Shown: positions 38,544 through 49,674, numbered from the stretch's first letter. The stretch is DNA of 64,000 bases from Sphingomonas sp. (GCA_039926845.1 JBDSWC010000038.1:10964-74963), one strand, 5' to 3'. Program-made: numbers and translations. Notes: generated by a model from the sequence alone, not told the origin.

Positions 38544-38570
38544 AGTTCAGCAGTAGACGCGATTGGTTCA
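38544..38570 (-). promoter_or_regulatory. Putative autoregulatory ECF promoter
   Basis: TGAACC-N15-TGAACT 35-60 bp upstream of the ECF start; an AAC-containing -35 is typical of ECF promoters. Confidence 0.45.
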
Positions 38571-38620
38571 ATCGTTCGCCCTGCGCGTTAGGGGCGCTCC
38601 TCCTTCGAGTATCTGTTTCC

Positions 38621-39400
38621 ATGCGCCTCTCCATCCATGCCTGGCTCGACTATAATCTGCCCGAGCCCGCCGACCTGCTGTTTGCGCTCGAGGTCGCGCA
38701 GACCACGGACCAGCGGCTGGTCGAGGATCTGCTATCGGTCGGCGGCACAGGGGTGTTGACGCCGATTTCAGCGGATGACGGGCTGGGCCGGCGGACCTGG
38801 GCGCGAGGCGAGGGACGGGTAACCGCGCGCTATACCGCTACGGTCGAAGTCGAACGCCCGGCGACGGGGTTGCAGGGGCTGGGCGCGGACGACGTTAAAA
38901 CACTCCCCGCCGGCGTGGTGCCCTATCTGTTTTCCAGCCGCTATTGCGAGGCCGATCGGCTCGACACGATGGTGCGCCGCGAGTTCGGCGAGGTGACGGG
39001 CGGCGACAAGGTCGCAGCGATGGTCGACTGGGTCCGTGGGCACCTGACTTACGAACCCAGCGGCGACACCGGCACGACCGCCATCGACACATTGGTTTCG
39101 CGGCGCGGCGTGTGTCGCGATTATTCCCACCTGCTGATCGCGATGGCACGGGCGGCGGATATTCCGGCGCGGATGGTGGGCGCCTATGCTTGGGCGCTCG
39201 AGCCAGAGGATTTTCACGCAGTGGTCGAAGTGTGGCTCGACGGCGGCTGGCGGCTGGTCGATCCGACAGGCTTCGCGCCCGAGGAAGGGATCGCGCGGAT
39301 CGGGGTCGGGCGCGACGCGACCGATATCAGCTTCCTGACGGTCTTCGGCCGCGCCGATCTGGTCGAACAGACCGTGTCGGTGAAGCGGTTAGACGCGTAG
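38621..39400 (+). CDS. Transglutaminase-like family protein
   Basis: YLFSSRYC, RRGVCRDYSH, DFHAVVEVWL..W.LVDPT (Cys-His-Asp). Confidence 0.92.
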   Translation: MRLSIHAWLDYNLPEPADLLFALEVAQTTDQRLVEDLLSVGGTGVLTPISADDGLGRRTWARGEGRVTARYTATVEVERPATGLQGLGADDVKTLPAGVVPYLFSSRYCEADRLDTMVRREFGEVTGGDKVAAMVDWVRGHLTYEPSGDTGTTAIDTLVSRRGVCRDYSHLLIAMARAADIPARMVGAYAWALEPEDFHAVVEVWLDGGWRLVDPTGFAPEEGIARIGVGRDATDISFLTVFGRADLVEQTVSVKRLDA

Positions 39401-40471
39401 CACCCAACCGCGCTTCGCGAGCGCGAGCGTGATCACGATCGACAGCGCGCCGGCGATCACCGCGTAGAGCAGCGACGTCCAATCGAGCGGCAAGCCCAGC
39501 CGTGCCAGCGTGCCGAACGACAGGGCCCACAGCCGCTCGCCGTCGACCGGGATGACGAGTAATGCCGTCAGCAAGGCATGAACGACGTAGAGTGTGAGTG
39601 CGAGCCCTCCCATCCGGGTCATCAGCCGCACCGGCGCGGCCGCGCCGATCATTGGCCAGAAGAACTTGAGCCCCGCTAGCAGCCCCAGCCCGATCGCGGC
39701 GTTGATCAGCGCGAAGCTCGGCGTCCATAGCGCCTTGTTGACGGGCCAGAGGAATTGCGCGGCGCACCAACCGACGAAGCAGATGGCGCCGATTGCGAAA
39801 ATCATGCGCGTCGCATTGTTACTCCGCATTGCCAGCCGTTGCGCCGCGAGCCCGATCATCGCGGTGGCGATCGCCGACAGCGTCGACAACGGGCCTTCGG
39901 GATCGAACACCTTACCGTAAAGCCGTGTGCCGCCGAGCATTGCGCGGTCGAGCCAGCCGCTGAAACCTTCGCCAGCCGCCATGCTCGCGACACCACCGGA
40001 TGGGGCGGCGTAGAGCAGGAGCCCATGGACCGCCATCAACGCTACCCCTGCCAGTGCCGGCACGCGCCAGCCGGTCGTCGCGCGGGTGGTCAGCGCGCAC
40101 GCCAGATACACGATCCCGATCCGCGCCAGCACACCGGTGAAGCGGATATCGATCAGGTGCGTGCTGGCATGGACGATCCAGCCGATCGAAAAGCCGATCA
40201 AATAAAGCAGAATAGAGCGCCGCGCGATGCGGCCTACGCCGACGCGCGGCTCGCGACCGTCGATTGCGAGCGGCAGCGATAGCCCGAGGCATAGCAGAAA
40301 CAATGGAAACACCAGGTCGGCGATCGTCAGCCCGTCCCATGGCGCATGCGCGAGGATCGGGAAGACATGCGCGTCCGACCCCTGCAAATTGACCAGCACC
40401 ATCCCGACGATCGCGACCCCGCGCAGCGCGTCGAGCGCGTCGTCGCGGGGGCGGGCGGCGGGCGCGGTCAT
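39389..40471 (-). CDS. Heparan-alpha-glucosaminide N-acetyltransferase-like (NagX-type) membrane protein
   Basis: LDALRG..MVLVN, HAPWDGLT.ADLVFP.F, GVLARI, DPEG.LST, PVNKALWTPSF. Confidence 0.88.
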   Translation of the reverse strand: MTAPAARPRDDALDALRGVAIVGMVLVNLQGSDAHVFPILAHAPWDGLTIADLVFPLFLLCLGLSLPLAIDGREPRVGVGRIARRSILLYLIGFSIGWIVHASTHLIDIRFTGVLARIGIVYLACALTTRATTGWRVPALAGVALMAVHGLLLYAAPSGGVASMAAGEGFSGWLDRAMLGGTRLYGKVFDPEGPLSTLSAIATAMIGLAAQRLAMRSNNATRMIFAIGAICFVGWCAAQFLWPVNKALWTPSFALINAAIGLGLLAGLKFFWPMIGAAAPVRLMTRMGGLALTLYVVHALLTALLVIPVDGERLWALSFGTLARLGLPLDWTSLLYAVIAGALSIVITLALAKRGWVLRV

Positions 40472-41739
40472 CGGACGACCACGCCGCCCTTCATCACCAT
40501 CGCGACACGCCGGACGGCGCCGATGTCGGAGGCCGGGTTACCCGCGACCGCGACGAGATCGGCGAGCAGTCCCGGCTTGACGGCGCCGAGCCGCTTGTCG
40601 AGCCCGAACCAGCGCGCATTGCCCCAGGTCGCGGCGATCAGCACTTGCGGCGCGGGCATCCCGGCGGCGACCATCAGCTCCATCTCGCGCGCATTCTGGC
40701 CGTGCGCGAACACCCCGACGTCGCCGCCCATGCACATCGGCACACCGGCCTTCATCGCGAGTTTGAAGCTAGACCGATTGAGTGCGACCGCGGGCGGTGC
40801 GGGCTCAGTGCCGTCCCACCCACGATAGCGTGAAGTCGCGTCCGACGCGGCGAGAGTCGGGCACAGTGCGATACCCTTGGCGGCCATCGCCGCGAAGATT
40901 TCCGGCGTGCCGCCATAGCCGTGCTCGATTGTGTCGACGCCCGCGGCGATCGCGCGGCGCATCCCTTCGGCGGTGGCGGCGTGGACCGCGACGGGGCGGC
41001 CGGCATCGTGCGCGGCGGCGACGGCGGCCTTCATTTCCTCGAGGCTCAGTGTCGCGCGGCTGTCCTCGCCGGGGCGCCAGCGATAGTCGGCGTAGAGCTT
41101 GATCCAGTCGGCGCCTGCCGCGATCTGGCGGCGCACCGCGGCGACGATGGAATCGACGCCCGACACTTCTTCCGCGCCTTGCGGCACTTCGACACCAGGC
41201 TCGAAGCCCTTCGGCCCATAGGCGCCGAGCGCGACGATCGCGCGCGTCGCGACCTGCAGCCGCGGTCCGGGCACGATGCCCTTCGCGATCGCTTCCCTCA
41301 GCCCGACATCGGCATAGCCCGCGCCCTCGGTGCCCAGATCGCGCTCGCTGGTGAATCCGGCCATCAGCGTCGCCTTCGCACTCGCTACCGCGCGCGCGGT
41401 GCGCAGCGCCAGCGTTTCGTGGAGCACCTGATCGTCCCACGATGTTTCGTTGTACGGATGCAGGAACAGGTGTCCGTGCCCCTCGATCATGCCGGGCATC
41501 AGCGTGTCCCCGGGCAGGTCGATCACTTGAGTGCCGGCAGGCACGGGCAGGTTCGGCCCGACCGCGGCGATCTTGTCGCCCTCGACCAGCACTTGCCAGC
41601 CGGGATGGACTTGGCCGTCGATCCCGTCGAACACGCCGGCGGGCTTGAGCAGGATCGCGGTCGGCGTCTCTGCCGCGGGGAGCGCGGTTGCCGGGCCGAT
41701 CAGGATCGCCAATATCAAGCCCAGCCAGCGCATGGTCAT
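40468..41739 (-). CDS. Secreted metal-dependent amidohydrolase (Xaa-Pro dipeptidase-like)
   Basis: MPGMIEGHGH, GADWIKLY, AVHA, TIEHG, GGDVG, ADLVAV. Confidence 0.9.
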   Translation of the reverse strand: MTMRWLGLILAILIGPATALPAAETPTAILLKPAGVFDGIDGQVHPGWQVLVEGDKIAAVGPNLPVPAGTQVIDLPGDTLMPGMIEGHGHLFLHPYNETSWDDQVLHETLALRTARAVASAKATLMAGFTSERDLGTEGAGYADVGLREAIAKGIVPGPRLQVATRAIVALGAYGPKGFEPGVEVPQGAEEVSGVDSIVAAVRRQIAAGADWIKLYADYRWRPGEDSRATLSLEEMKAAVAAAHDAGRPVAVHAATAEGMRRAIAAGVDTIEHGYGGTPEIFAAMAAKGIALCPTLAASDATSRYRGWDGTEPAPPAVALNRSSFKLAMKAGVPMCMGGDVGVFAHGQNAREMELMVAAGMPAPQVLIAATWGNARWFGLDKRLGAVKPGLLADLVAVAGNPASDIGAVRRVAMVMKGGVVVR

Positions 41740-41767
41740 CTCCCCGTTCGCGTATTACGCTCGCACC

Positions 41768-43951
41768 ATGACTAGCTTCGTCCGCCTTCCGCTCCTAGCC
41801 CTCGCGCTACTCGTCACCGCGCCGTCGTCGCCCGATCCGGACATGACACGCTGGCGCGCCCAAGCCGCCAACGTCACGATCACGCGCGACGATTGGGGGA
41901 TCGCGCACATCGCCGGCAAGACCGACGCCGACGCGGTGTTCGGGATGATCTATGCGCAGGCCGAGGACGATTTTTCGCGGATCGAGGCCAACTATCTGAC
42001 GTCGCTCGGGCGGACCGCGGAGGCGCCGGGGGCGGGCGATGACGCAGTCTGGGCGGATCTGCGCCAGCGCCTGTTCGTCGATCCGGTGGAGTTGCAAAAG
42101 CAATATGCGGCGAGTCCGGTTTGGCTGAAAAAGCTGATGCAAGCCTGGGCGGACGGGCTGAACTATTATCTCGCAACGCATCCGACGACCAAGCCCAACG
42201 TGCTCACGCGGTTCGAACCGTGGATGGTGCTGAGTTTCACCGAGGGCAGCATCGGTGGCGATATCGAGCGGATATCACTGAGCGAGTTGAAGACATTTTA
42301 CGGTAAGCCGACGCCGAAGACGGCAGAAGAACTAGGTCGCGTCCCGCGCGAACCGTCCGGGTCCAACGGCATCGCCATCGCGCCGAAGCTGACCAAGGAC
42401 GGCCACGCGTTATTGCTGATTAACCCGCACACCAGCTTCTACTTCCGCGCCGAGCAGCAAGTGACGAGCGGCGAGGGGCTCAACGCTTATGGCGCCGCGA
42501 CCTGGGGGCAGTTCTTCGTCTATCAGGGGTTCAACGCGAAGGCCGGGTGGATGCACACCTCGTCGGGCGTCGATAATGTCGACGAGTTCGCGGAGATATT
42601 CCCGCAAGTTCGTGGTGGGCCACCAGCCTATCTGGATGGCAAGACGGTGCGACCACTGATCTTAAAACCAGTTACCGTCTCATACCGCCAACCCGATGGC
42701 AGCCTTGTCGCACGCACATTCCTCACCTTCGCGACGCGTCATGGACCCATCGTCGCGAAACGCGACGGCAAGTGGATAGCGACCGCCTTGATGTGGAAGC
42801 CGGTGCCCGCGCTCGAGCAAAGTTTCCTGCGAACCAAGGCGACCGATCTCAAAAGCTATCTCGCGGTGGCCGAGCGCAAGGCCAATTCGTCGAACGACAC
42901 CTTGTTCGCGGATAGCAAGGGCGAGATCGCGTTCCTGATGCCGCAATTCATGCCGGTGCGCGACGCCCGGTTCGATTACACCCGGCCAATCGACGGCAGC
43001 GATCCTGCGACAGACTGGAAGGGGCTGCATAGTCTCTCCAGCCTCCCGAACGTGCTCAACCCGAAGGTTGGCTGGGTGCGCAACAGCAACGACTGGCCGT
43101 GGTCGGCGGCGGGGCGAGACAGTCCGAAGGCGGCGAACTATCCAAAATATATGGACTAGGCCGGCTGGAACTTTCGCGGCGTTCATGCCGATGCGTTGTT
43201 GACCGGGCGGAGCGGCTGGACGCTGGAGGGATTGCGCGCCGCTGCTTTCGATAGCGACTTGCCGGCGTTCCGCGCGATACTGCCGGGGCTGTTCGCGGCA
43301 TACGATGCGTTGCCGAAAGGCGATCCGCGCCGCGCGAAGCTGGCCGAGCCGATCGCGATGCTGCGGTCGTGGGATTGCCGCTGGAGCGTGGATTCGCGCG
43401 CGACCAGCGTTGCGGTTTTCTGGGGCGACACGCTGTGGAGAGAAGTCGGCAGCTTCGCGCAGGCCGAGCGGATGAACGTGCCAGATTATATCGCGAAGCG
43501 CGTTTCACCCGCGACCAAGATCGATGCGCTGGTGGCCGCCGTCGATCGCCTCGAGCGCGATTTCGGCGATTGGCGCACACCATGGGGCGAGATCAACCGC
43601 TGGCAGCGGATCGACGATTCGATCTCGCCGCGGTTCGACGACGAGGCGCCGTCCATCCCGGTGGCTTTCACCTCGGCGCAATGGGGCAGTCTGGCGTCGT
43701 TCGGCGCCAAGCTGTGGCCGGGGACGAAGCGTTATTACGGCGCCAGCGGCAACAGCTTCGTCGCGTTGGTCGAATTCGGCCCGCGCGTCCGCGCGATCGC
43801 GGTGACCGCTGGCGGCGAGAGCGGCGACCCGCGCTCGCCGCATTTCGCCGACCAGGCGCAGCGTTACGCGACGGGCAATCTGCGCGCGGTCTATTTCTAC
43901 CCCGACCAGCTCGCCGGCCATATCGAGCGGCGCTATCGGCCGGGGGAATAG
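41768..43951 (+). pseudogene. Penicillin/AHL acylase family (Ntn hydrolase) interrupted by in-frame TAG at 43157-43159
   Basis: ITRDDWGIAHI, YAQAED, GSNGIAI nucleophile motif, LLINPH; the same frame resumes to GGESGDP.SPHF.DQA. Confidence 0.88.
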
Positions 43952-43954
43952 GCG

Positions 43955-46452
43955 TCACTCGTAGCGTAGCGCCTTGACCGGGCTCTGCCTGGCGACGCGC
44001 CAGGCATGGCTGGCGATCGTCACGACCGCGACGATCAGCGCGAGTCCGCCCGCGAACAGGAACGGCGTCGGCCCCAGCGCGATCCGAGCGTCGAACCCGT
44101 TGAGCCAGCCGCGCATCACCCACCACGCGACCGGCCATGCGATCACATTGGCGATCAATACCGGCTTGGAGAATTGCCAGACCAAGAGCTGCAGGATGTC
44201 GCGGGTGCGCGCACCCAGCACCTTGCGGATGCCGATTTCCTTGGTGCGCCGCTCCGCGGTAAACGCGGCGAGTCCGAACAGGCCGAGACATCCGATCACC
44301 ACCGCCAGGATCGCAAACATCCCGAACAACTGCGCGCGCGTTGCTTCGGCGTTGTAGAGACCGTGGGTGATATCGTCGACGAACGACGCGTCCAGCGGGA
44401 CGTCCGGCAGCGTCCGTTTCCACAGCCGTTCGACCGTGGCGCGCGCGATCGCCGGATCGCCGCTGAAACGCACCATCATGTTCTGGAAAGCGTCGGCCCG
44501 ATAAAAATAAAGGATGGGCTGCACCGGCTCTCTGATCGAGCGATACCGCACGTCCGACACCACGCCGATCACGGTGGCGGTGATCGTGCCGGTTTCGGGG
44601 CTCGTCATTCCCAACTGTACCTGCTTGCCGACCGCCACATCCGGAGTCGAGAAGCCGAGCCGGCGGGTTGCCTGTTCGGACAGAATCACGTTGGTGCCGC
44701 GCGCGACCAAGATTCGTTCGGCGGCCGGGTCGGGGGGACGGGGTGTGGTCGAATCGTCCATCGCGATCGCGTCGGAAAAATTGCGCCCTGCGATCAGCTT
44801 GATCCCCCAAGTCGTAATCGCGTGGGCATCGACGGCATATATACCGAGCGCCGTCCCCTTTTGGCCGGGGATGTTGACATCGGTATCGGAATTGTAGCCC
44901 GTATCGATCCCTAGCGAAACGCGCGCCGCGTCGATGATTCCCGGCTGCTTGCGTAACTCCTCCAGTAACGTCGGCGCGACGGCATCGACTTGCGGGCGAT
45001 ACATGCCATTGACCTGCAACAGCCCTTCCCGTTTGTAGCCGGCATCAAAATTGCGTGCATAGGCTGTCTGGGCGGCGATGACCGCGGTGCAGACGATCAG
45101 TCCGATCGACACAGCGAACTGTATGACGACCAGCACACCCCGCAACCGCCCGCTGCCTTCCGCATCGGCCGCTGACCTGTTCGCCTTCAGGATGCGCGCC
45201 GGCTCGAATCGCGACAAGTAGAAAGCGGGGTAAAGCCCCCCGGCAAGCCCGACGACTAGCATCAGCGCAACCACCGGTAAAAGGATGCCGTCTGCCCCCC
45301 AATATTGAAGATGCATGTCGGCATCGAGAAAGGCGTTGAGCGGGTGGATCGTCAGCTCTGCGAGGGTCAGGGCGATCAGCATCGCGATAGCCGTGACCAG
45401 GATGGATTCACCGAGAAACTGCACGATCAGTTGCCGGCGACTGGCCCCAAGAACTTTGCGCAAAGCGACTTCGCGCGCTCTCTGCGATGCACGTGCAGTC
45501 GCAAGATTGGTAAAGTTCATGCACGCCATGCCGAGATCAATAGCGCAACGATGCCGAAGGTCAGGATCGACTGGCGGTCACCATTGGGTCTTCCCTGACC
45601 CTCGGCCTCGCTGAGGTGAAGGTCGCGAATGTTGGCGAAATGCCAATCCTCGAAGTCCCCCGGATTGCTCTTGGGCGTCTCACCGACGTCGTCGGGCACG
45701 TTGCGCTTTTCCCAGGTCGGCAGCTGCGCTTCCATCGCCCCGATGTCGGTACCGGGCTTGACCCGAAGATAGACCGCCCCGTTCTGCCAATGCCACGACG
45801 TGATGGCGCGCGGAACCTTGGCAAAATATTCTTGCGGATCGATCCGTATCACCGCGGTCATGTCGAGATTACTGTTCTTGGGCAGGTCCTTGAACACGCC
45901 GGTCACCCGGTAGTCGGACTTGGTATTGAAATTGAGGACGGTGAGCGTCTTGCCGACAGGGTTGACGTTACCGTACCGCGTCCGCGCCTCGGTTTCGCTC
46001 AGGACGAGCGAATGGGGGTCGTTAAGCGCTGTTTTGCTGTCGCCGTAGGCGAACGGCACGCGCAATACGTCAAACAGTGGCCCATCGGTTATATAGGCCT
46101 TTTCCGCCGCGCCCGGCACGCCGTCCTGGATGATGACAGGTTTCTGCGATGACAGCCAAACGACCTCGTCGATCTGCGGGAAGTCCTTCTTGAGCGCCTT
46201 GGTGGCAACGTACGCGGTCGTCTGCGACGTACCGCTCGCACCCCCGCTCGGCGTCGGCAGATAGACCGTCTGGAACTGGTAGGTGTTTTCGACATTCGGC
46301 AACCATGCATCATAGCTGAATTCGTAGCGCACGAATGTCAGGATGATCAGGCATGCCGCGAGGCCGATCGCCAATCCGACGATGTTGATCGCGGCATAGA
46401 CTCGATTCTTGGCCAACGCGCGGAGGCCGACGGTCAGATAGTTGCGCCACAC
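43955..46452 (-). pseudogene. ABC transporter permease (MacB/FtsX duplicated type) with 1-bp frameshift near 45535
   Basis: Co-linear paralog of 46463-48961; reads TTG ATC TC GGC ATG where the paralog encodes LILAMACMNF. Confidence 0.88.
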
Positions 46453-46462
46453 GGTGCTGCTC

Positions 46463-48961
46463 CTATTCGTAACGGAGGGCGTGAACGGGGTTGAGCCGCG
46501 CGACGCGGACCGCGTGCGACGTGATCGTGCCGAGCGCGACGACGAGCGCGAGCAGGCCCGCGGCGAGGAACGGTATCGGGGTGAGCGGAATCCGCGTGTC
46601 AAACCCGTTGAGCCAATCACGCATCAGCCACCACGCTGTCGGCCAAGAGATCAGATTGGCGATCAGGATCGGGCGGCTGAACTGCCACACGAGCAACCGG
46701 AGGATGTCCGTCGTGCGCGCGCCGAGCACCTTGCGGATGCCGATCTCCTTGGTCCGCCGCTCCGCCGTGAACGCGGCGAGCCCGAACAGGCCGAGGCACC
46801 CGATTATCACCGCTAGGATTGCGAACATGCCGAACAATTGCGCGCGCTTTTCGTCGGCATTGTAGAGATCGTGCGTGATGTCCGCGACGAACCGCGCATT
46901 CAGCGGCAGATCGGGAATCGCGCCCTTCCATACCCGTTCGACGGTGGCGTTCGCCGTAACGGGATCACCCGTGAACCTGACCATCATCTGGGCGAAGCCC
47001 TTGGTCTGATAATAATAAAGGATCGGCTGGATCGGCTGACGGATCGTGCGGTAGCGAACATCGGATACGACGCCGACCACCGTCGCGGTGGTGACGCCGG
47101 TATTCAGACTGGTAAACCCTAGCTGCACTTGCTTGCCGATTGCCGCCTGCGGCGTGGCGAAGCCGAGACGCTGCGCAGCCTGTTCCGATAAGATCACATT
47201 CGTTCCACGCGCCACGAAAGCATTTTCCGCCGTAAGGTCGGGCGGGTTTGGCAAGGTCGAATCATCGAGCCCGATGCTCTCGGAGAAATTCCGTCCTGCA
47301 AGCACCTTCATGCCCAACGTATCGAAAGCGCGCGTATCGACGCCATAGAGGCCGAGGTCGACGGGCTTTTGTCCGGGCAGGTTGACGTCGCCATCGGAGT
47401 TATTGCCCGTCGCGATCCCCAGCGACACGCGTGCGGCATCGACGATGCCTGGCTGCTTGCGCAATTCCTGAAGCAGCGTGGGCGCGGCAGCCTCGACTTG
47501 CGGGCGGGATATGCCGTTGAGTTGCAGCAAACCGTCACGCTTGAACCCGGCATCGATGTTCCGGGCATAGGCGGTCTGGCCGTATATCACGGCGGTGCAG
47601 GCGATCAGGCCGATCGACACGGCGAACTGGGTGATGACCAACAAGCTGCGCAAACGGCCGTTGCCTTCCGCGTCGGCCGCCGACTTGTTTGCTTTCAGGA
47701 TCCGCGCCGGTTCGAAACGTGACAGGAAGAAAGCGGGATAGAGACCCCCGGCCAGTCCGACCAGTAGGGTGAGCAGGATGACCGGCAACAGCACGCCGTC
47801 GGCCCCCAGATAATGAAAACTCATATCGGCATCGAGGAACGCGTTGAGCGGATGGATGCCGAGTTCGGCCAGGCCCAGTGCGATCAGCATCGCGATGGCG
47901 GCGACCATCATCGACTCGCCCAGAAACTGGCCGATAAGTTGCCGCCGGCTGGCTCCCAGCACCTTGCGCAAAGCGACTTCGCGTGCCCGTTGCGAGGCGC
48001 GGGCGGTGGCGAGGTTGGTGAAGTTCATGCATGCCATCGCCAGGATCAGCAGCGCGACAATGCCGAAGGTGATGATCGATTGGCGGTCGCCGCTCGCTCG
48101 TCCTTGTCCGAAGGATTTGCTGAGATGAAGATCCCGGATGTTGGCGAAATGCCAATTCTCGAAATCGCCGGGGTTCGACTTCGGCGTGCTGCCGGCGTCG
48201 TCGGGAACGTTGCGCTTTTCCCAAGCGGGCAGTTGTGCGTCCATTGCCGCGATATCGGTGCCGGGCTTAACGCGTACATAGACCGAACCGTTCTGCCAGT
48301 GCCACGACGTCACTGTCTGCGGCGCATTCTGGAAATATTTGTTTGGATCAACCCGGACGACCATCGTCATGTCCAAGCTGCTGTTCCTAGGCAGATCCTT
48401 GAACACGCCGGTGACACGGTAGTCGGTCGTCGCACCACCGTCGACCACCGTCAGCGTTTTGCCGACCGGATCGACGTCGCCGAATTGATCCCTGGCTTCG
48501 GTCTCGCTCAACACTAGCGAATGCGGATCGTCCAGGGCGGTCGTGGCGTTGCCACGGACGAGCGGCACGCGCAGCACATCGAACAGCGCGCCGCCGGTAA
48601 CGTAAGACTTTTTCGCCGTTCCGGGGATGCCGTTCTTGAGGATTACCGTAGTTTGCGATGAAAGCCACACGGCGCGCTCGATTTGCGGAAAGTCTTTTTT
48701 AACCGCCGCTTCCGCGACCAACGCTGTCGTCTGCGATGCCCCGCCAAGGACGCCGGTCGGCGTCGGCAGGTAAATAGTTTGAAACTGGAATGTGTTCTGC
48801 GCATTGGGCAGCCACGCGTCGTAGCTGAATTCATATCGCACGAAGGTCAGGATCATCAGGCACGCGGCTAGCCCAATCGCCAGCCCGACGATGTTGATGA
48901 AGGCATAGGCACGGCTCTTGAGCAACGCGCGGAAGCCGACGGTCAAGTAGTTGCGCCACAT
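46463..48961 (-). CDS. ABC transporter permease (MacB/FtsX duplicated type)
   Basis: MWRNYL..INIVGLAIG, RAREVALRKVLGA, RTKEIGIRKVLGA, NPV.ALRYE. Confidence 0.95.
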   Translation of the reverse strand: MWRNYLTVGFRALLKSRAYAFINIVGLAIGLAACLMILTFVRYEFSYDAWLPNAQNTFQFQTIYLPTPTGVLGGASQTTALVAEAAVKKDFPQIERAVWLSSQTTVILKNGIPGTAKKSYVTGGALFDVLRVPLVRGNATTALDDPHSLVLSETEARDQFGDVDPVGKTLTVVDGGATTDYRVTGVFKDLPRNSSLDMTMVVRVDPNKYFQNAPQTVTSWHWQNGSVYVRVKPGTDIAAMDAQLPAWEKRNVPDDAGSTPKSNPGDFENWHFANIRDLHLSKSFGQGRASGDRQSIITFGIVALLILAMACMNFTNLATARASQRAREVALRKVLGASRRQLIGQFLGESMMVAAIAMLIALGLAELGIHPLNAFLDADMSFHYLGADGVLLPVILLTLLVGLAGGLYPAFFLSRFEPARILKANKSAADAEGNGRLRSLLVITQFAVSIGLIACTAVIYGQTAYARNIDAGFKRDGLLQLNGISRPQVEAAAPTLLQELRKQPGIVDAARVSLGIATGNNSDGDVNLPGQKPVDLGLYGVDTRAFDTLGMKVLAGRNFSESIGLDDSTLPNPPDLTAENAFVARGTNVILSEQAAQRLGFATPQAAIGKQVQLGFTSLNTGVTTATVVGVVSDVRYRTIRQPIQPILYYYQTKGFAQMMVRFTGDPVTANATVERVWKGAIPDLPLNARFVADITHDLYNADEKRAQLFGMFAILAVIIGCLGLFGLAAFTAERRTKEIGIRKVLGARTTDILRLLVWQFSRPILIANLISWPTAWWLMRDWLNGFDTRIPLTPIPFLAAGLLALVVALGTITSHAVRVARLNPVHALRYE

Positions 48962-48988
48962 GCCTTTATCTCCTCAGCCCAGCCCCGA

Positions 48989-49669
48989 TCAGGCCGCCCG
49001 CCGGTGCTGTTGCAGGATGCGGCCATCGAGCATGTTGACGGTGCGGCTGGCGTAGTCGGCGTGCGCGGGGGAGTGGGTGACCATGACGATGGTCGAGCCC
49101 TCCGAATTGAGCTTTTGCAGCATCTTCATCACTTCCTCGCCGTGATTGGTGTCGAGGTTGCCGGTCGGTTCGTCGGCGAGGATCAGCTTGGGCTCGGCGA
49201 CGAGCGCGCGGGCGACGGCGACGCGCTGCTGCTGGCCGCCCGACAATTGGCTCGGCCGATGCTTGCCGCGATGGCCGATCCCGACGCGGTCCATCACCGC
49301 ATCGGTGCGGCGCTTGCGCTCGGCGGCGGGGACCGAATGATAGAGCAACGCAAGCTCGATATTCTCGCGCACCGACAGCTCATCGACCAGATTGAAGCTC
49401 TGGAAGATGAAGCCGATATTGGCCTTACGCACCTCGGCGAGCTTGCTCTCGCTCAGTCCCGCGACTTCCTGGCCGTTGAACACGTACGACCCGCTCGAAG
49501 GGCTGTCGAGCATGCCCATCAGGTTGAGCAGGGTCGACTTACCGCAACCCGACGGCCCCATCACCGCGACGAATTCACCGGCCTCGATATCGAGGTCGAT
49601 CGCGTCGAGCGCGGTCGTCTCGATCGTGTCGGTGCGGTAGACCTGCGACAGCGCGCGCATGTTCAGCAT
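48989..49669 (-). CDS. ABC transporter ATP-binding protein (LolD/MacB type)
   Basis: [29 protein letters not shown]. Confidence 0.97.
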   Translation of the reverse strand: MLNMRALSQVYRTDTIETTALDAIDLDIEAGEFVAVMGPSGCGKSTLLNLMGMLDSPSSGSYVFNGQEVAGLSESKLAEVRKANIGFIFQSFNLVDELSVRENIELALLYHSVPAAERKRRTDAVMDRVGIGHRGKHRPSQLSGGQQQRVAVARALVAEPKLILADEPTGNLDTNHGEEVMKMLQKLNSEGSTIVMVTHSPAHADYASRTVNMLDGRILQQHRRAA

Positions 49670-49674
49670 GGAAT

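Noticed and set aside
43157-43200. Pyrrolysine or other programmed recoding of the acylase TAG
   Set aside because: No pyl genes or suppressor tRNA in the window, and TAG terminates other genes here normally
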